From Acidobacteriota bacterium (lineage in GTDB: Bacteria; Acidobacteriota; UBA6911; RPQK01; JAJDTT01), in the NCBI GenBank assembly GCA_965217775.1, contig CBDCJH010000002.1:2752001-2816000 (forward strand): a stretch of DNA of 64,000 nt, read 5' to 3'. The translations under genes and the position numbers were made by a program. This document shows, piece by piece, positions 37,850 to 49,173 of this stretch. The notes under the pieces were generated by a model. The model made no database searches and was not told the origin of the DNA. It saw nothing but the letters and a program-made list of their open reading frames with translations. Each line of letters begins with the position of its first letter. The first letter of the stretch is position 1.

Positions 37850-39478
37850 TAGTTCTCATCCGGAAAGCCGTAAGTAATTGAGAAATAAGGAGTAATCAGG
37901 CATTTTCAAACCCCGGTTTTGTCATAGCCATTTGCTAGTCTGTTGGTCCCAAACAATAGATAACAAATGACTTACACAAAACCGAGGGCTTGAACAATGC
38001 GTCGAAACCGGGAACATCAGCGTCCGCTCTCCGGCCTCTGGCCCGATCACCGACTCGCCCAGGAACTGAGAGCCGTTTCCAAGATCTTGGATGACAACCC
38101 CTCGATCCTGGAGCTGGTTCTACACGATCTGTGTGACACCGCCGCTTCAGGACAAGGGGCTCCAGGTCTCTCCGCGGAGCAAGTCCTGCGCGCGGCCATC
38201 CTCAAGAATTGGAAACAGTTGGCCTACACCCAGTTGGCATTCCTCCTGAACGACTCTCAGTGCTATCGTCGCTTCGCCCGGCTGTCCTTTTACTGGACCC
38301 CCAGCGCCTCCTGCCTCCAGGAGAACATCAGCCGCATCCAGGCCGCTACCTGGCAGCAGATCAACCGGCTCCTGGTGCAATGGGCGGCCCGCCAGGGACT
38401 GGAACGGGGACGCAAGATTCGAGTCGATGCCACGGCCGTGCAAAGCCCCATCCGCTATCCCCTCGATTCCCAGTTGCTGGTCGATTCGATTCGAGTCCTC
38501 ACCCGGCTGCTTCGCCGCTTGGCCCGGCATCACAAGATCGTCTTTCGGGATCACCAGCGCCGAGCCAAGCGACGCGGCAAGCGTCGCCGGCAAGCCTATC
38601 GGGATCTGCTGAAGGTCGCTCGCAAGACCGCTCACTACGCCGAGAGGGCCCTGCAGCAAGCGGACCGGTTCACGGACCCTCCCAGTCCGCTCATCGTCGC
38701 CAAACTGCGCCACTATCAGGACTTGACGACGAAGATCATCGATCAGACCGAGCGTCGCATCCTGCAGGGGGAGAAGGTTCCGGCCGACGAGAAGGTCCTC
38801 TCCTTGTTTGAGGAGCACACCGACATCATCAAGAAGGGGGGCAGGGAAACCGTCTTTGGGCACAAGCTGTTTCTGACCGGCGGCGTCTCCGGCCTGATGC
38901 TGGATGGTGAGGTGGTGCGGGGGAACCCCGCCGATGCCGGTCAGTTCCAGCCCTGGATGCGGCGCCAGTATGATCTGTACGGCCGTTGGCCTCGACAGGT
39001 CAGTTGTGACGGATGCTTTGCCAGCCGCTCCAATCTGGAGTGGGCCAAAAAGCAAGGCGTCCAGGATGTCGCCTTTGCCAAGAAACGCGGACTGAAGGTC
39101 CCTGAGATGGTGCGCTCCAGTTGGGTCTACCGGCAACTGCGACGCTTCCGGGCCGGCATCGAAGGGTGCATCTCGTGGCTCAAGCGAGTGTTCGGACTCG
39201 GACGCTGCACCTGGAAGGGCTGGCCCCACTTCCAGCAATATGTGTACCTCTCGATCGTCAGCTTCAACCTGCTGGTTCTGGCCCGCCTGCTGCTGTAAGC
39301 GCAGCTTGAATCCATTGCCGATGCCCCGTCAGGGACTCGTGTCTTCAAAATCCGGGATCGGCTCTCAACGGACTTGAATTTCCTGCTTTCGGCCCCCATC
39401 GAGCCGGTTTATTGCAGTTTCTCCGGCCTTCCTCGGGCTACCCAATCCCCCAAAACCCGACTTTCTGGATGAGAACTA
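37850..39478 (+). mobile_element. ISNCY/IS5-like insertion sequence (transposase 37997-39298)
   Basis: DATAV, DGCF and RAGIEG DDE motifs; IRs TAGTTCTCATCC / GGATGAGAACTA. Confidence 0.88.
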
Positions 39479-39576
39479 GCTAGATACAAATAACCGAAGC
39501 GAGTACACTGTGGTATCCATCGGAGGAGGGGCCCCAGGGGGAAGCGGAACAGACCACGAAGGCGATAAAAACATCA

Positions 39577-40445
39577 TGAATCAACTGACCTACATACAGC
39601 ACCAATCCGTATCGCTGAAGAATCATCCCGAGTTCAACGAGAAGTGGCTCCAAGACCGGATCGCAGAAGACCCCACAATTCTCGGGCTGGGTGAAGTTGT
39701 TCTAATAGACCGGGAACGGCCTCAAGAGCGGGCCGGCCGACTCGATCTCCTGCTGTCCAGCCCAGAGCAGGACCGGCGCTACGAGGTCGAGCTGATGCTT
39801 GGAGCGACGGACGAGTCTCACATTATTCGATGCATCGAGTACTGGGATATTGAGCGGCGGTGATATCCAGGATACGAGCACTGTGCGGTGCTTATCGCCG
39901 AGGATATTACAAGTCGGTTTTTGAACGTCATTGGACTTCTGGCGGGCACCGTGCCGCTGGTTTCCATCCAACTTAACGCACTTCGCATCGGCGACCACAT
40001 CATCCTCCACTTCGTCCGTGTGCTGGACCAGCGACTGCTCAGACGTGATGACACTTCCATCATAAAGCTCCAAGCCGTTGATCGATCCTACTGGATCAAC
40101 AAGTCCACACAACGGATCATCAAACTCGCTGATGAGGTTTTGGAAGTCATCAATGAAAAGGCAAAGACGCCACAGCAACTAAACTACAATAAGCACTACA
40201 TCGGCCTGTCTGACGGAATCCGATCAAGAAATTTCATCTACTTCCTTCCCCGGAAGAAGCACCTACGAGTGGTCATTCCTCGTGGCTGGAGCGAAGAACG
40301 GTCAGAGCGATTCGATGACGCAGGGCTTGCAGTTGAGCAGAAGGACGACGGTATCGTGTTCAATCTCTATCCCGCCGATCTGAAGAAGCATCGCGACCTG
40401 GTCAACTCCGTAGTTCACGAAGTAGTCGAAGAATTTAGCTCATGA
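39577..40445 (+). pseudogene. NucS-like nuclease domain gene with an in-frame TGA
   Basis: EKWLQD, GRLDLLL and YEVELMLG; frame continues past TGA at 39861-39863 (IERR*YPGYEHCAV). Confidence 0.75.
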
Positions 40446-40894
40446 GAGGCGATACTTATAAGATCGATTGGTTGAGTACAAGAAAGCAAATTAATCTACT
40501 CTGAGTGGCCGTCTCATACTCATTTACTGACCATTTCGTCACATTATCAAGTGGTTGAAACGGACTCGCTGCCTCTCAATAAATCAACTTTAGAGAAGGC
40601 CTGGTTTCGGTTCTCTCAAGATCGAATCGGGGTCCCACCAAAGCCATTAAAAGTCAGTCCTTATTCTCCGATAATTAATGACCAAAAGCCGGCTTCCGGC
40701 CATTAGAGTCCTTAGCGTCCAGTGGGGGTCCAGCTCACCCGTACGGGAGATAGTGGAGCGGAGCAATAGACTTTTCCAAGCAACGCTACGGGCGCACCCA
40801 TCGCTGCTACAAGAGTCGGTCCCAACGGGTAGTCGCTTCGACAGATGCCACCGCGTCCGCGTTCCGCGAACCTAGCGCCGGAACCTCAGGCGCG

Positions 40895-42583
40895 TCAGGA
40901 ACCCTCAGCGTAGCTGATCTCCAAAAAGATCTGATGGACCACGACCGGATCCTGGTCGGGCTGGATGACGTTCTTGACGCGGCCGAAGGCCTGCTTCAGG
41001 ATCTCGGCAGGATCGGCATTGGGGGGACCGATCAAACCCGCGAAGGGGCCAGCGGCAAGAACATTTGAAATCAGGCCCACCTCATTCATGCCGTTGCGCG
41101 CCACACCCGCGGGAACCTGAAAGTGAAACCAGTCCCCGTCCCTCTCTGGCTCGGGCAACAGAGTGTGATTTAGACGAGCCCAGAGAATAGTCCCCTTCCC
41201 GGCCTTGGCCGTGAATATGCTCAGACGCAGGCTGGCCTTCGGGTCTTCGGCAGCCGGACCCAGATGCAACCGCAGCTTCCGCTCAACCCGGTCCAGAATG
41301 ATGGGCAACAGCGCCGGCTCGGAACCGTGATAGAACGGCCCCCCGCTATGCGCCGTGGCGTTGATGGCGTAGACCTTGTCCTTGCCGGCCATGGTCTCGG
41401 TCGCTCCCAACTCACTCAGCACGCCCTCGAACTCCTCGTCGGTCAGCCGTTGCGTCGGCTCATGCCGGAAGTTGAAGAGGTAGATGCCGTCGGCGCCCTG
41501 GTCCAGGTAGTAGTCGGCATACGCCCGCATTCCCTGGCGGAACAGAGGCTCGCCCCGCAGAGTCTCCCAAGCGCCCGCCCGCATGGTGTTGGGATTGATG
41601 GACGGATAGACCTGCACCCCCGTCTCTCCGGCCAAGCGCACCCATTGGCCAATGGCCAACTGGTCGGGCATGTATCCCAGGCCCACCAGCAGCACGTCCA
41701 CCAGCCCCTCCCGGGCCCAGGCCTCCACGTCCAGACCGATCTCCAGGTTGGTCTCCAGGGAATCCATCACGTGGACCGCCAGGGTGTAGGGCCGCCCCCG
41801 CTCCTCTCCGATGGCGTTCAGCCGCTCCCGGATCTGCCGCATCAGGTCCGTAATCAGATGGGCTTTTTGCCGTCCCTGCCCCATGGGGAAGTGGATCCCC
41901 ATGCGGTTGAAGTCCAGCTCGTAGCCGTCGAAGTCGTGTCTCGCGGCAGTCTTCGCGATGTAGTCGAGACGATGCTGCCGAACCTCCGGGTGGGTGTAGT
42001 CCAACGACACCCAGAGACGCTGCTCGGTCAGCTCGGAAGGGAGCTGGCGGTCCGTCATCGGCGCCATCAGGTACTCGGGGTGTTGCGTCTTGAAGACGTC
42101 GTCCAATTCCTCCAGGGTCCGGGACCGGAAGGCCGCGTGAAGATCGCTCATGCGCACCGACGCCCAGACCTCCAACCCCTGTTCATGGCAGGCCCGGATG
42201 ACGATGTCGTTCACCTGCTCGTAGGAATCGAAACAGGACCAGAGCAGATCCGTTGGAATATTCCACGGAGGCTCGGCCCCGTTTCCGATGTGCCACAGGT
42301 AGATGTCCACCTGGGTTCCCTTGACCATGCGCACGCTGGCGTCCAGGAAGTCGTCGTGGGTTTGGATGTCGTAGATGAGGCTCATGTACGGTTCCACCTT
42401 GCCCCGGTCCAGGTAGCTGTGCGACTGGACGGCGGCGGAGTCGTAGTAGAGGATCCGGCGCTCCTTCTTCGGCTCGCCTTTCGAGGCGACGTCCGGGGTC
42501 TGGGAAGGACTCCCGCAGGAGACGGCAACCAGCAGGAGCGCCAGGAGGAACCCGTGTCTCTTCATATCGGGTACCTTCACCAC
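40895..42583 (-). CDS. Glycoside-hydrolase-like TIM-barrel lipoprotein
   Basis: VSC lipobox; LDYTHPEVR, DGYELDF and GADGIYLFN motifs. Confidence 0.7.
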   Translation of the reverse strand: MVKVPDMKRHGFLLALLLVAVSCGSPSQTPDVASKGEPKKERRILYYDSAAVQSHSYLDRGKVEPYMSLIYDIQTHDDFLDASVRMVKGTQVDIYLWHIGNGAEPPWNIPTDLLWSCFDSYEQVNDIVIRACHEQGLEVWASVRMSDLHAAFRSRTLEELDDVFKTQHPEYLMAPMTDRQLPSELTEQRLWVSLDYTHPEVRQHRLDYIAKTAARHDFDGYELDFNRMGIHFPMGQGRQKAHLITDLMRQIRERLNAIGEERGRPYTLAVHVMDSLETNLEIGLDVEAWAREGLVDVLLVGLGYMPDQLAIGQWVRLAGETGVQVYPSINPNTMRAGAWETLRGEPLFRQGMRAYADYYLDQGADGIYLFNFRHEPTQRLTDEEFEGVLSELGATETMAGKDKVYAINATAHSGGPFYHGSEPALLPIILDRVERKLRLHLGPAAEDPKASLRLSIFTAKAGKGTILWARLNHTLLPEPERDGDWFHFQVPAGVARNGMNEVGLISNVLAAGPFAGLIGPPNADPAEILKQAFGRVKNVIQPDQDPVVVHQIFLEISYAEGS

Positions 42584-42584
42584 A

Positions 42585-43925
42585 TTAGTGGAAGCGGATG
42601 GAGTAAAGGTCGGCGTCCTTCAGGACCACGCGCATCCGCACCGTCTTGCCGGAGAGCGAGCTCAGGTCGGATCCTCCCTTCCAGGCGACGGTCCGCTCGA
42701 TCTGGTCTCCGATGATCTCGGGACAATCCTCCAGCGTGTATCCGGGAATCGGCTGGCCCTTGGGGTCCTGCATCTCGATCCGGATGCCCCCGGCCGCACT
42801 GGTGGCGTAGTTGATCTCCAGCCGGCTTCCCTTGAAGCGCAACGGTTTAGTGACCATCTCGCCCCCCTGGTAGGGAGCGTTCAGGCTGGCGAAGCCGTCC
42901 AGGCGCAGGGTCATCCGTTCCAGGTACGCCGTGCCTTTCTGCCCATAGTTCCGCTGCACGTAGAAAGACATCTCGCCGTCGCCGGTGGGGACGATGCCGC
43001 AGGCCGGATAGTTGGTCCGGGTCGTCCAGTTGTTGACGCCGATTCCGGGCCGGACGAAGCTCTCCCGGAAGGTGAAGTCGTAGACCGTGGAGCCAGCCCG
43101 GGTGGTGAGCAGGACGCCGTCGGAGTGGTCTCCCGTCCCCGCGGTGCCCATCAGGGGCATGTTCTCCTTGACGAATTCCCGGAGCTCGGGCGAGATGATG
43201 CGTTGGCGGCCGCTCGCCAGCTGCTTGTCGCCGTCGGTCTTGACGTGCCGCGGGTCGGCGAAGATGATCCGCGCCGGCAGCGAGATGTAGATGTGGGGCG
43301 CCCGGAAATAGGGCTGGGTCTGGTTCGTGTAGAGGTGGTGCGAGGGAGTCGTCGTACCCGTGTCGCTGTAGCTCATGAGGACCTGGGGAGTCCAGTTGAT
43401 GAAGTCCTTGGAGGTGGACCGCGCCGTGGCGCGGCGCCCCCCCTCCATGTGCCGGGCGTAGAGCACGTACTGCTCTTCCACCTCCGACCAGAACATGACG
43501 TTCTGCGAATCGAAGTGGTTGATCAGGACCTTGGGCACGATAGGCTCGTCCCGGAGCATCCGCCAGCGGATACCGTCGCCGGAGAGGAAGCCCACCAGGG
43601 CGTTGGGCTCGACGGGTCCCCGCGAAGTTCCCTTGTAACGCTCCGAGGCGGGCACGCCGGGCCGTCCGTCGACGAAGGCGACGAACTGGCGCGCCTCGTT
43701 CAGGATCACGTGGTTTTGAGAGGAGCCGTCGACGGAGACCAGGCCCAGGTCGAGCTTGGTCCAATGGATCCCGTCGCGGCTCTCGGCGTAGCAGGTGGTC
43801 TTCCTCTCGAAGAGCGCACCCCGGTAGTACATGCGGTAGAGGTCGCCGTCCTTGAAGATGGTGGTGTAAAAGGCCGTGTCGTCTTCCGCGAGATTGTTGT
43901 AGCGGATGGCCACCCCGCCCGGCAA
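42585..43925 (-). CDS. Beta-propeller glycoside-hydrolase-like protein, probably 5' truncated
   Basis: YRMYY, AESRDGIHW, FDSQN and LRLDGFASL motifs; no signal peptide; abuts the REP at 43942. Confidence 0.65.
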   Translation of the reverse strand: MPGGVAIRYNNLAEDDTAFYTTIFKDGDLYRMYYRGALFERKTTCYAESRDGIHWTKLDLGLVSVDGSSQNHVILNEARQFVAFVDGRPGVPASERYKGTSRGPVEPNALVGFLSGDGIRWRMLRDEPIVPKVLINHFDSQNVMFWSEVEEQYVLYARHMEGGRRATARSTSKDFINWTPQVLMSYSDTGTTTPSHHLYTNQTQPYFRAPHIYISLPARIIFADPRHVKTDGDKQLASGRQRIISPELREFVKENMPLMGTAGTGDHSDGVLLTTRAGSTVYDFTFRESFVRPGIGVNNWTTRTNYPACGIVPTGDGEMSFYVQRNYGQKGTAYLERMTLRLDGFASLNAPYQGGEMVTKPLRFKGSRLEINYATSAAGGIRIEMQDPKGQPIPGYTLEDCPEIIGDQIERTVAWKGGSDLSSLSGKTVRMRVVLKDADLYSIRFH

Positions 43926-44162
43926 CGGCGAGCAGGAACCTAAAAAGGGACTGTCCCTTTTTCGTTCTGCCGGCTCATTGCATCCCGAAGTGCAACACCG
44001 CTACGGATTGGGGGAGTGCATTCAGCAGCCTACACTCCAGAATATTCAGAAAACAGCCTGTGCCCAAATACCAGTTTACGCCCTTCCTTTTAGGCACCAC
44101 CTGTACGGGAGAAGTAGTCTGTCTCTTTTTCAGTCCGGCCTGATGAAGTTGGGTCCCTTTAG

Positions 44163-44390
44163 CAGCCCGTGGCAAGAGTCCTGATTTCTCCGACTATTGT
44201 TCTTTCCGCAATCTGACGTGGAGATGGTTTTTTGATGAGTCCGAGAAGCCCCAAACAGCGGACCGAGCCCGATCGACGCCCAGAAGAGCTCCCAGAGCCG
44301 ACCCTGCGGCTGCTCCCGACCCGACCGCCTCCACTTCCTCCTGCGCCATCCGGAGGGTTTCCCCCAGGGTCTTGGTATCGAGTTCCTCAC
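44163..44390 (-). mobile_element. IS1182-like remnant (3' end)
   Basis: End sequence matches 51309-51435; TLGETLRMAQEEV fragment. Confidence 0.75.
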
Positions 44391-44634
44391 GGTCCTCGCC
44401 GATGCAGAGGGCGGCGGACTCTGGCTGCGTGGCGTGGAGGAAGGTGCGGAGTTGGCAGAGGTCGACGCAGTACTTGCGGTCGTAGTCGTGACCGTTGCCG
44501 GGGGACCAGCCGCCACCGCCGTATCCGGGGGACGGCTCGCCGACCGTGCCCCCCGATGGCGGCTCGCACGGATCGCCGGTGAGCGCCTCGCAGATCAGGC
44601 GTTCAAGGCCTGCTTCGGCGAGGTCGGTCGTCAC
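44390..44634 (-). pseudogene. hsdR: Type I RM hsdR 5' fragment
   Basis: TTDLAEAGLERLIC...YDRKYCVDLCQLRTFLHATQPE. Confidence 0.75.
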
Positions 44635-44635
44635 G

Positions 44636-44966
44636 TCACTCGGGCCGGATGCGCACTTCGAAGGCTTGGCCGGGGCGCACCGCCTCGATGGCCCGGGCGA
44701 TCTCTCCGGTGCAGAGCCGAACCCCGGACCAATCCGTCGACAGCAGCACGACGACACCGACTCGCCACCGGGCCAGATTCTGTTGGTGGGGCAGGCTCTG
44801 GTCGGTTGTCACCAGAACGTCGTACCCCTCGCCCTCCGCGAGATCGAGCAACTCGCCGTTGCCGTTCTGGGACCAGCCCTTCTCCGCCAGCGTGTCCACG
44901 GAGTGCCCGTGCAGGTGTCTGTCTCCGCAACGGTGCCGGCGTGCCCTGATCGAAGAGCAGCTTCAA
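44636..44966 (-). pseudogene. DUF5615 PIN-like toxin with a 4-bp duplication frameshift
   Basis: LLFDQGTP...NGELL...VLVTTDQ; AGACAGAC duplication near 44915. Confidence 0.75.
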
Positions 44967-45190
44967 CGCGCCACCGCTGCTCTCAGCGCCTTCGCCTCGT
45001 GTTCGAGCACCGCACGGACTTGCCACTCATCGACGCCCGGAAACCATTCGATGAACTCGTCGATCGTCGCGCCGCCGGCAAGATTCTCGTAGAGCGCGAA
45101 CAGTGGAATCCGTGTGCCCGAAAAGACCCAGGCCCCGCTCACCCTTCCCGGGATCCGCTCGACGGCCGGGCAGGTGTTCCAGTTCGTCAT
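44963..45190 (-). CDS. DUF433 antitoxin
   Basis: PGRVSGAWVFSGTRIP...EFIEWFPGV. Confidence 0.88.
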   Translation of the reverse strand: MTNWNTCPAVERIPGRVSGAWVFSGTRIPLFALYENLAGGATIDEFIEWFPGVDEWQVRAVLEHEAKALRAAVAR

Positions 45191-45224
45191 GGGATGGCCT
45201 CCTTCGCTATGCCGTGTTCGGTCG

Positions 45225-45423
45225 CATAATGCACGTTCTGACTTCTCAGAAACGGAACGCCTCTCGGTACGTAGACGGTTGCTCCACCACGGGGTGTGAT
45301 TCCTGAACCGAACTTCGTGGCGAGATGAGGCAACGCCGCCACCTCCCAATGCCCCGGCTCCTCCCCCAACCACTCAACGCCGGAGTCCCTGCAGGCCGGA
45401 CTGGGCGTGAGGTTGGCGATCAT
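45225..45423 (-). pseudogene. hsdS: Type I RM hsdS 5' fragment
   Basis: DSGVEWLGEEPGHWEV...GSGITPRGG...FLRSQNV. Confidence 0.85.
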
Positions 45424-45520
45424 GACCTCACCTCGCCCAGGATCTCGCCGAGCAGCGCTTTGGTCACCCTCTCCACTGGCAGGATGTTACCGCGAATCTC
45501 CTCCAGTGGTGGCGGAACCC
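45420..45520 (-). pseudogene. hsdM: hsdM 3' tail coupled to hsdS
   Basis: PPLEEIRGNILPVERVTKALLGEILG; ATGA overlap. Confidence 0.7.
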
Positions 45521-45636
45521 GAAGTTGTCCAAGGTAGGGCTGATACCACGTGAGTTGCCAAAGCGGCAATCAGAGATCAGGTGACTATCCGAACGGCTGC
45601 TCGCTCGCGGACTTCATGTCTCGACACTATGCAGCT

Positions 45637-45840
45637 TCACACCACGGTGGCCTCTTCCGTGACGAGATGGAGCCGAATCACCCTGGATGCACTGCCTCCC
45701 TCGAAGTAACAGCGCACCGCATCTCGAGCCATGGCCTTCAGGTCGTCCCAATCGTCCCCCTGCGTGAATATGTCATAGCCAAGCGCCCTGGCATCGTATC
45801 CACCTTCGACCGCCTCGGTCACCTCGAATATGATCTCCAT
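45637..45840 (-). CDS. HicB-like antitoxin
   Basis: EIIFEVTEAVEGGYDARALGYDIFTQG...ARDAVRCYF. Confidence 0.75.
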   Translation of the reverse strand: MEIIFEVTEAVEGGYDARALGYDIFTQGDDWDDLKAMARDAVRCYFEGGSASRVIRLHLVTEEATVV

Positions 45841-45862
45841 TGGCCTGATCGTTTTCCTTCCG

Positions 45863-46228
45863 TCAGTTCCGTGACTCCCTGTTGCAAATGGTTTCCGCTC
45901 CTGAGCCCGGAGCGGCCTGATTGATCGGTTGACGGCCAAGAATCTCGTCAAGCAACCCGTCCGTTTCTTTCTCCAGCGCCAGGATATCCGCTCGAATCTC
46001 CTCCAGCGTCCGCATCGGCTCAGGCTTGTATGCGCGGTTGGGATCGATGCCTTCGATGCGCAACGGCCTTTCCACCGTCACCTTCCAGTAGTCGAAGGCG
46101 GCATTGTCGAAGATCTTGCTGTACTCGTTCTCCTTGAACGCGAGGAATGTCTCGCAGATCCAAGCGATGTCCTCCTCGCCGAGCTCGCAGTTCTTCTTCC
46201 CCAAGTTCTTCCCGTCAAGAAGCTGATC
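45863..46228 (-). pseudogene. hsdM: hsdM C-terminal fragment with an internal deletion
   Basis: KNLGKKNCEL, SKIFDN, KVTVERPLR and RTLEEIRADILALE. Confidence 0.85.
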
Positions 46229-46254
46229 ACCGAAAACACGTCTCCATCCGCTCG

Positions 46255-47093
46255 TCAGATGCATTTGTTGCTAGTTCCCACCACTTCTTCGTGTATGTGA
46301 TGTAGCTCACGGGGGTCCCGCAAGCCTTGCAGACCGCCCCCCGTTTCCTGACATTTCGTTTGACGGCCCAGCCGCACGTGACGCACCGCGCAATATAGCG
46401 AGGCGGGGCAAATTCCACTTTGTGGCAACGGTCGCCGGCGCATCCGATCGAACGCGCGACTGCCTTCCAGGCGGCATCATGATTATGCTTCGGGCCGACC
46501 AGGGCGTGAGCGATCTCGTGGAGAATCGTGTCCCTTACTTGCGGGTCGGTTGCGTGAAGGCAATAGAGGCGGGAGAGTCCAATGACCTGGAGGCCGAAAA
46601 CGCAGACTCCCGCCTGCTTGGAGGCATCCTAGAACTGAAAGCTCCATCCCGTGAGTCCGTGCCGGCTCATCAGCCGCTCAGCCTCCGCCGCAACTTCGGC
46701 CAATCGGCGGCCATCGTCGCGATCAGGATTCGGTCCGGCTCGAGTCAGCAGACCATACGGAACGTAGTAGCTTCCGTGCTCCGTGGCGACCAGGGCGCGT
46801 TTGGGCCCGAGACGCGCGAGGATGCCCTCGATCCTGCCCTGACCGTGCGGGATCAAGACCTCGTCATCCGGGCGGAATTGGGCTTTGAGCTGGTCTAGCC
46901 TCAGAGTCACTCGCTTTCTACTTTCGGCTTCGTTTTGAGCGAGGAGGTCCCATGGCACTCGGTACTCGCCGCCGTCAGTTCCCACGATATCGGCTTTCCG
47001 AGGAGTCTTGCGGGCGATGTGCCCGCTGATCCAGACACCCCGGTACCTGAACTTCACGGGATCATGAATGCAGAACTGCGCGGCGCGAGACAC
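46255..47093 (-). pseudogene. SprT-like paralogue with a nonsense codon and frameshift
   Basis: Matches 16073-16906; TAG at 46629-46631; frameshift near 46420. Confidence 0.88.
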
Positions 47094-47468
47094 TGTCCGA
47101 ACTCAAGAAATTACTTGGCGTGCCCTGTCCGAAAACCGAATCACCAGAGTGGACGAAGGATCGGCGTTCCTCTGAGAGCCGGGACCTTGAGCAGGATCAG
47201 CTTCGATCGTCTACGGCCCACCGCTCCTGTTGCTTCCCCCATTCCCGATCGTTCCAGAGGGGGAGCTTATCATTCCCATGCGTCAGCGGGGTCGGACTTG
47301 CAGAACCGAACTCGCTTGCCCCGCCTTGTCGCCGAGTCAGAATGACTGGCGCCGGGACTCCATCAGATCGACCATCAACAACCCGCCCCTGACGTCTTCC
47401 TGTCCAAGAGGAGCAGGTGCCGCAGACGATTTCGGGGACGTTGGATTCAAAAACTCAAGTTACGAGAT

Positions 47469-49117
47469 TAGTTCTCACCCATAAAGTCGGTTTTTTCGTG
47501 ATCCGGTAGCCGAAGGAGCGCGGAGAAACTGCAATAAACCGGCACGACCGGGGCCGACAGCAGGACTTCATGTCCATTGAGAGCGGATCACGGATTTTGA
47601 AGAGACGGGTCCCTGGCCGGACATCGCAGATCGATCCCAAGCCGCGATTGCAACAGTAGCCGGGCCAGGACCAACAAGTTGAAGCTGGTGATCGAGAGGT
47701 AGACATACTGCTGGAAGTGGGCCCAGCCTTTCCAGGTGCAGCGTCCGAGACCGAAGACTCGTTTGATCATTGAGATGCAACCTTCGATGCCGGCCCGGAA
47801 ACGTCGCAGTTGCCGGTAGACCCAACTGGAGCGCACCATCTCAGGGACCTTCAGTCCGCGTTTCTTGGCAAAAGCGACGTCTTGGATCCCTTGCTCCTTG
47901 GCCCAGTCCAGATTGGGACGGCTGGCAAAGCAACCGTCGCAACTGACCTGTCGAGGCCAACGGCCGTACAGATCATGCTGGCGCTGGATCCAAGGTTGGA
48001 ACTGAGCGGCATCGTTGGGATTCCCCCGCACCACCTCACCATCCAGCATCAGGCCGGAGGCGCCTCCGGTCAGAAACAGTTTGTGCCCCAAGACCGTTTC
48101 CCGGCGCTTCTTCTTGATGATGTCGGTGTGCGCCTCAAACAGGGAGAGGACCTTCTGGTGGGCCGGAACCTTCTCCCCCCGCAGAACCCGACGCTCGGTC
48201 TGAGAGATGATCTTGGCCGTCAACTCCAAGTAATGGCGTAACTTTCCCGCAATGACCTGACTGGGAGGGTCCGTCCACTGGTCCGCTTGCTGCAGAGTCA
48301 TCGTGGCGTAGTGAGTCGTCTTGCGAGCGACCTTCAGCAGATCGCGATAGGCTCGGTGCCAACGCTTTCCTCGACGGTTCTTGATCTTCAGACACCGCCG
48401 CTTGGTCCGGCGCCGGGGATCATGCACGACGATCTTGTGATGGCGCGCCAACCGGCGAAGCAGCCGGCTGAGGACTCGAACCGAGTCGCACAACAACTGG
48501 GAATCGGTCGGATAGGGGATGGGACTCTCCACGGCCGTGGCATCGACTCGAATCTTGCGGCCCCGTTCCAGCCCTTGGAGGTTGCCCATTGTACCAGCAG
48601 CCGGTTGATCTGCTGCCAGGTGCCGGCTTGGATGCGGCTGATGTTGTCCTGAAGGCAGGAGGCACTGGGAGTCCAGCAAAAGGAAAGACGAGCGAAACGG
48701 CGATAGCACTGAAAGTCGTTCAGGAGGAACGCCAACTGGGTGTAGGACAGTTGCTGCCATTGTTTGAGGATGGCCGCGCGCAGAACCTGCTCCGCGGAGA
48801 GCCCGGGAGCTCCCTGGCCGGAGTTGTCGGTGTCACACAGATCGTGTAGAACCAGATCCAGGATTGAGGGATTGTCGTCCAAGATCTTGGAAACGGCTCT
48901 CAGTTCCTGGGCGAGTCGGTGATCGGGCCAGAGCCCGGAAAGAGGACGCTGAGCTTCCCGTTTTCGACGCATTGTTCAAGCCCTCGGTTTTGCGTAAGTC
49001 ATTTGGTTGGTTTATGTTAGCACCAACAGACTACCAAACGACTATGACAAAAGCGGGGCTTGAAAATGCCCCTTAGTCCTTATTTCCCAACTGCTTACGG
49101 ATTTCCGGGTGAAACTA
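47469..49117 (-). mobile_element. ISNCY/IS5-like element, copy 2, frameshifted transposase
   Basis: Paralogue of 37850-39478; split ORFs 48388-48972 and 47588-48760; terminal IRs present. Confidence 0.88.
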
Positions 49118-49173
49118 GGAAAAATTCCGGTTGTTTTTCTCTCATGTAGTCGTTCCAGGTTCTTCTCTGGTTC

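Noticed and set aside
39861-39863. Selenocysteine or readthrough TGA
   Set aside because: The context IERR*YP fits a CGA-to-TGA nonsense change, not a Cys position, and no SECIS is evident.
41264-43943. Long plus-strand ORFs (483 and 451 aa) and similar antisense ORFs elsewhere
   Set aside because: These are shadow frames of real genes in high-GC DNA, with no motifs.
37850-49117. Composite transposon from two inverted ISNCY-like copies
   Set aside because: The copies are visibly diverged, one is frameshifted, and there is no convincing shared outer duplication.
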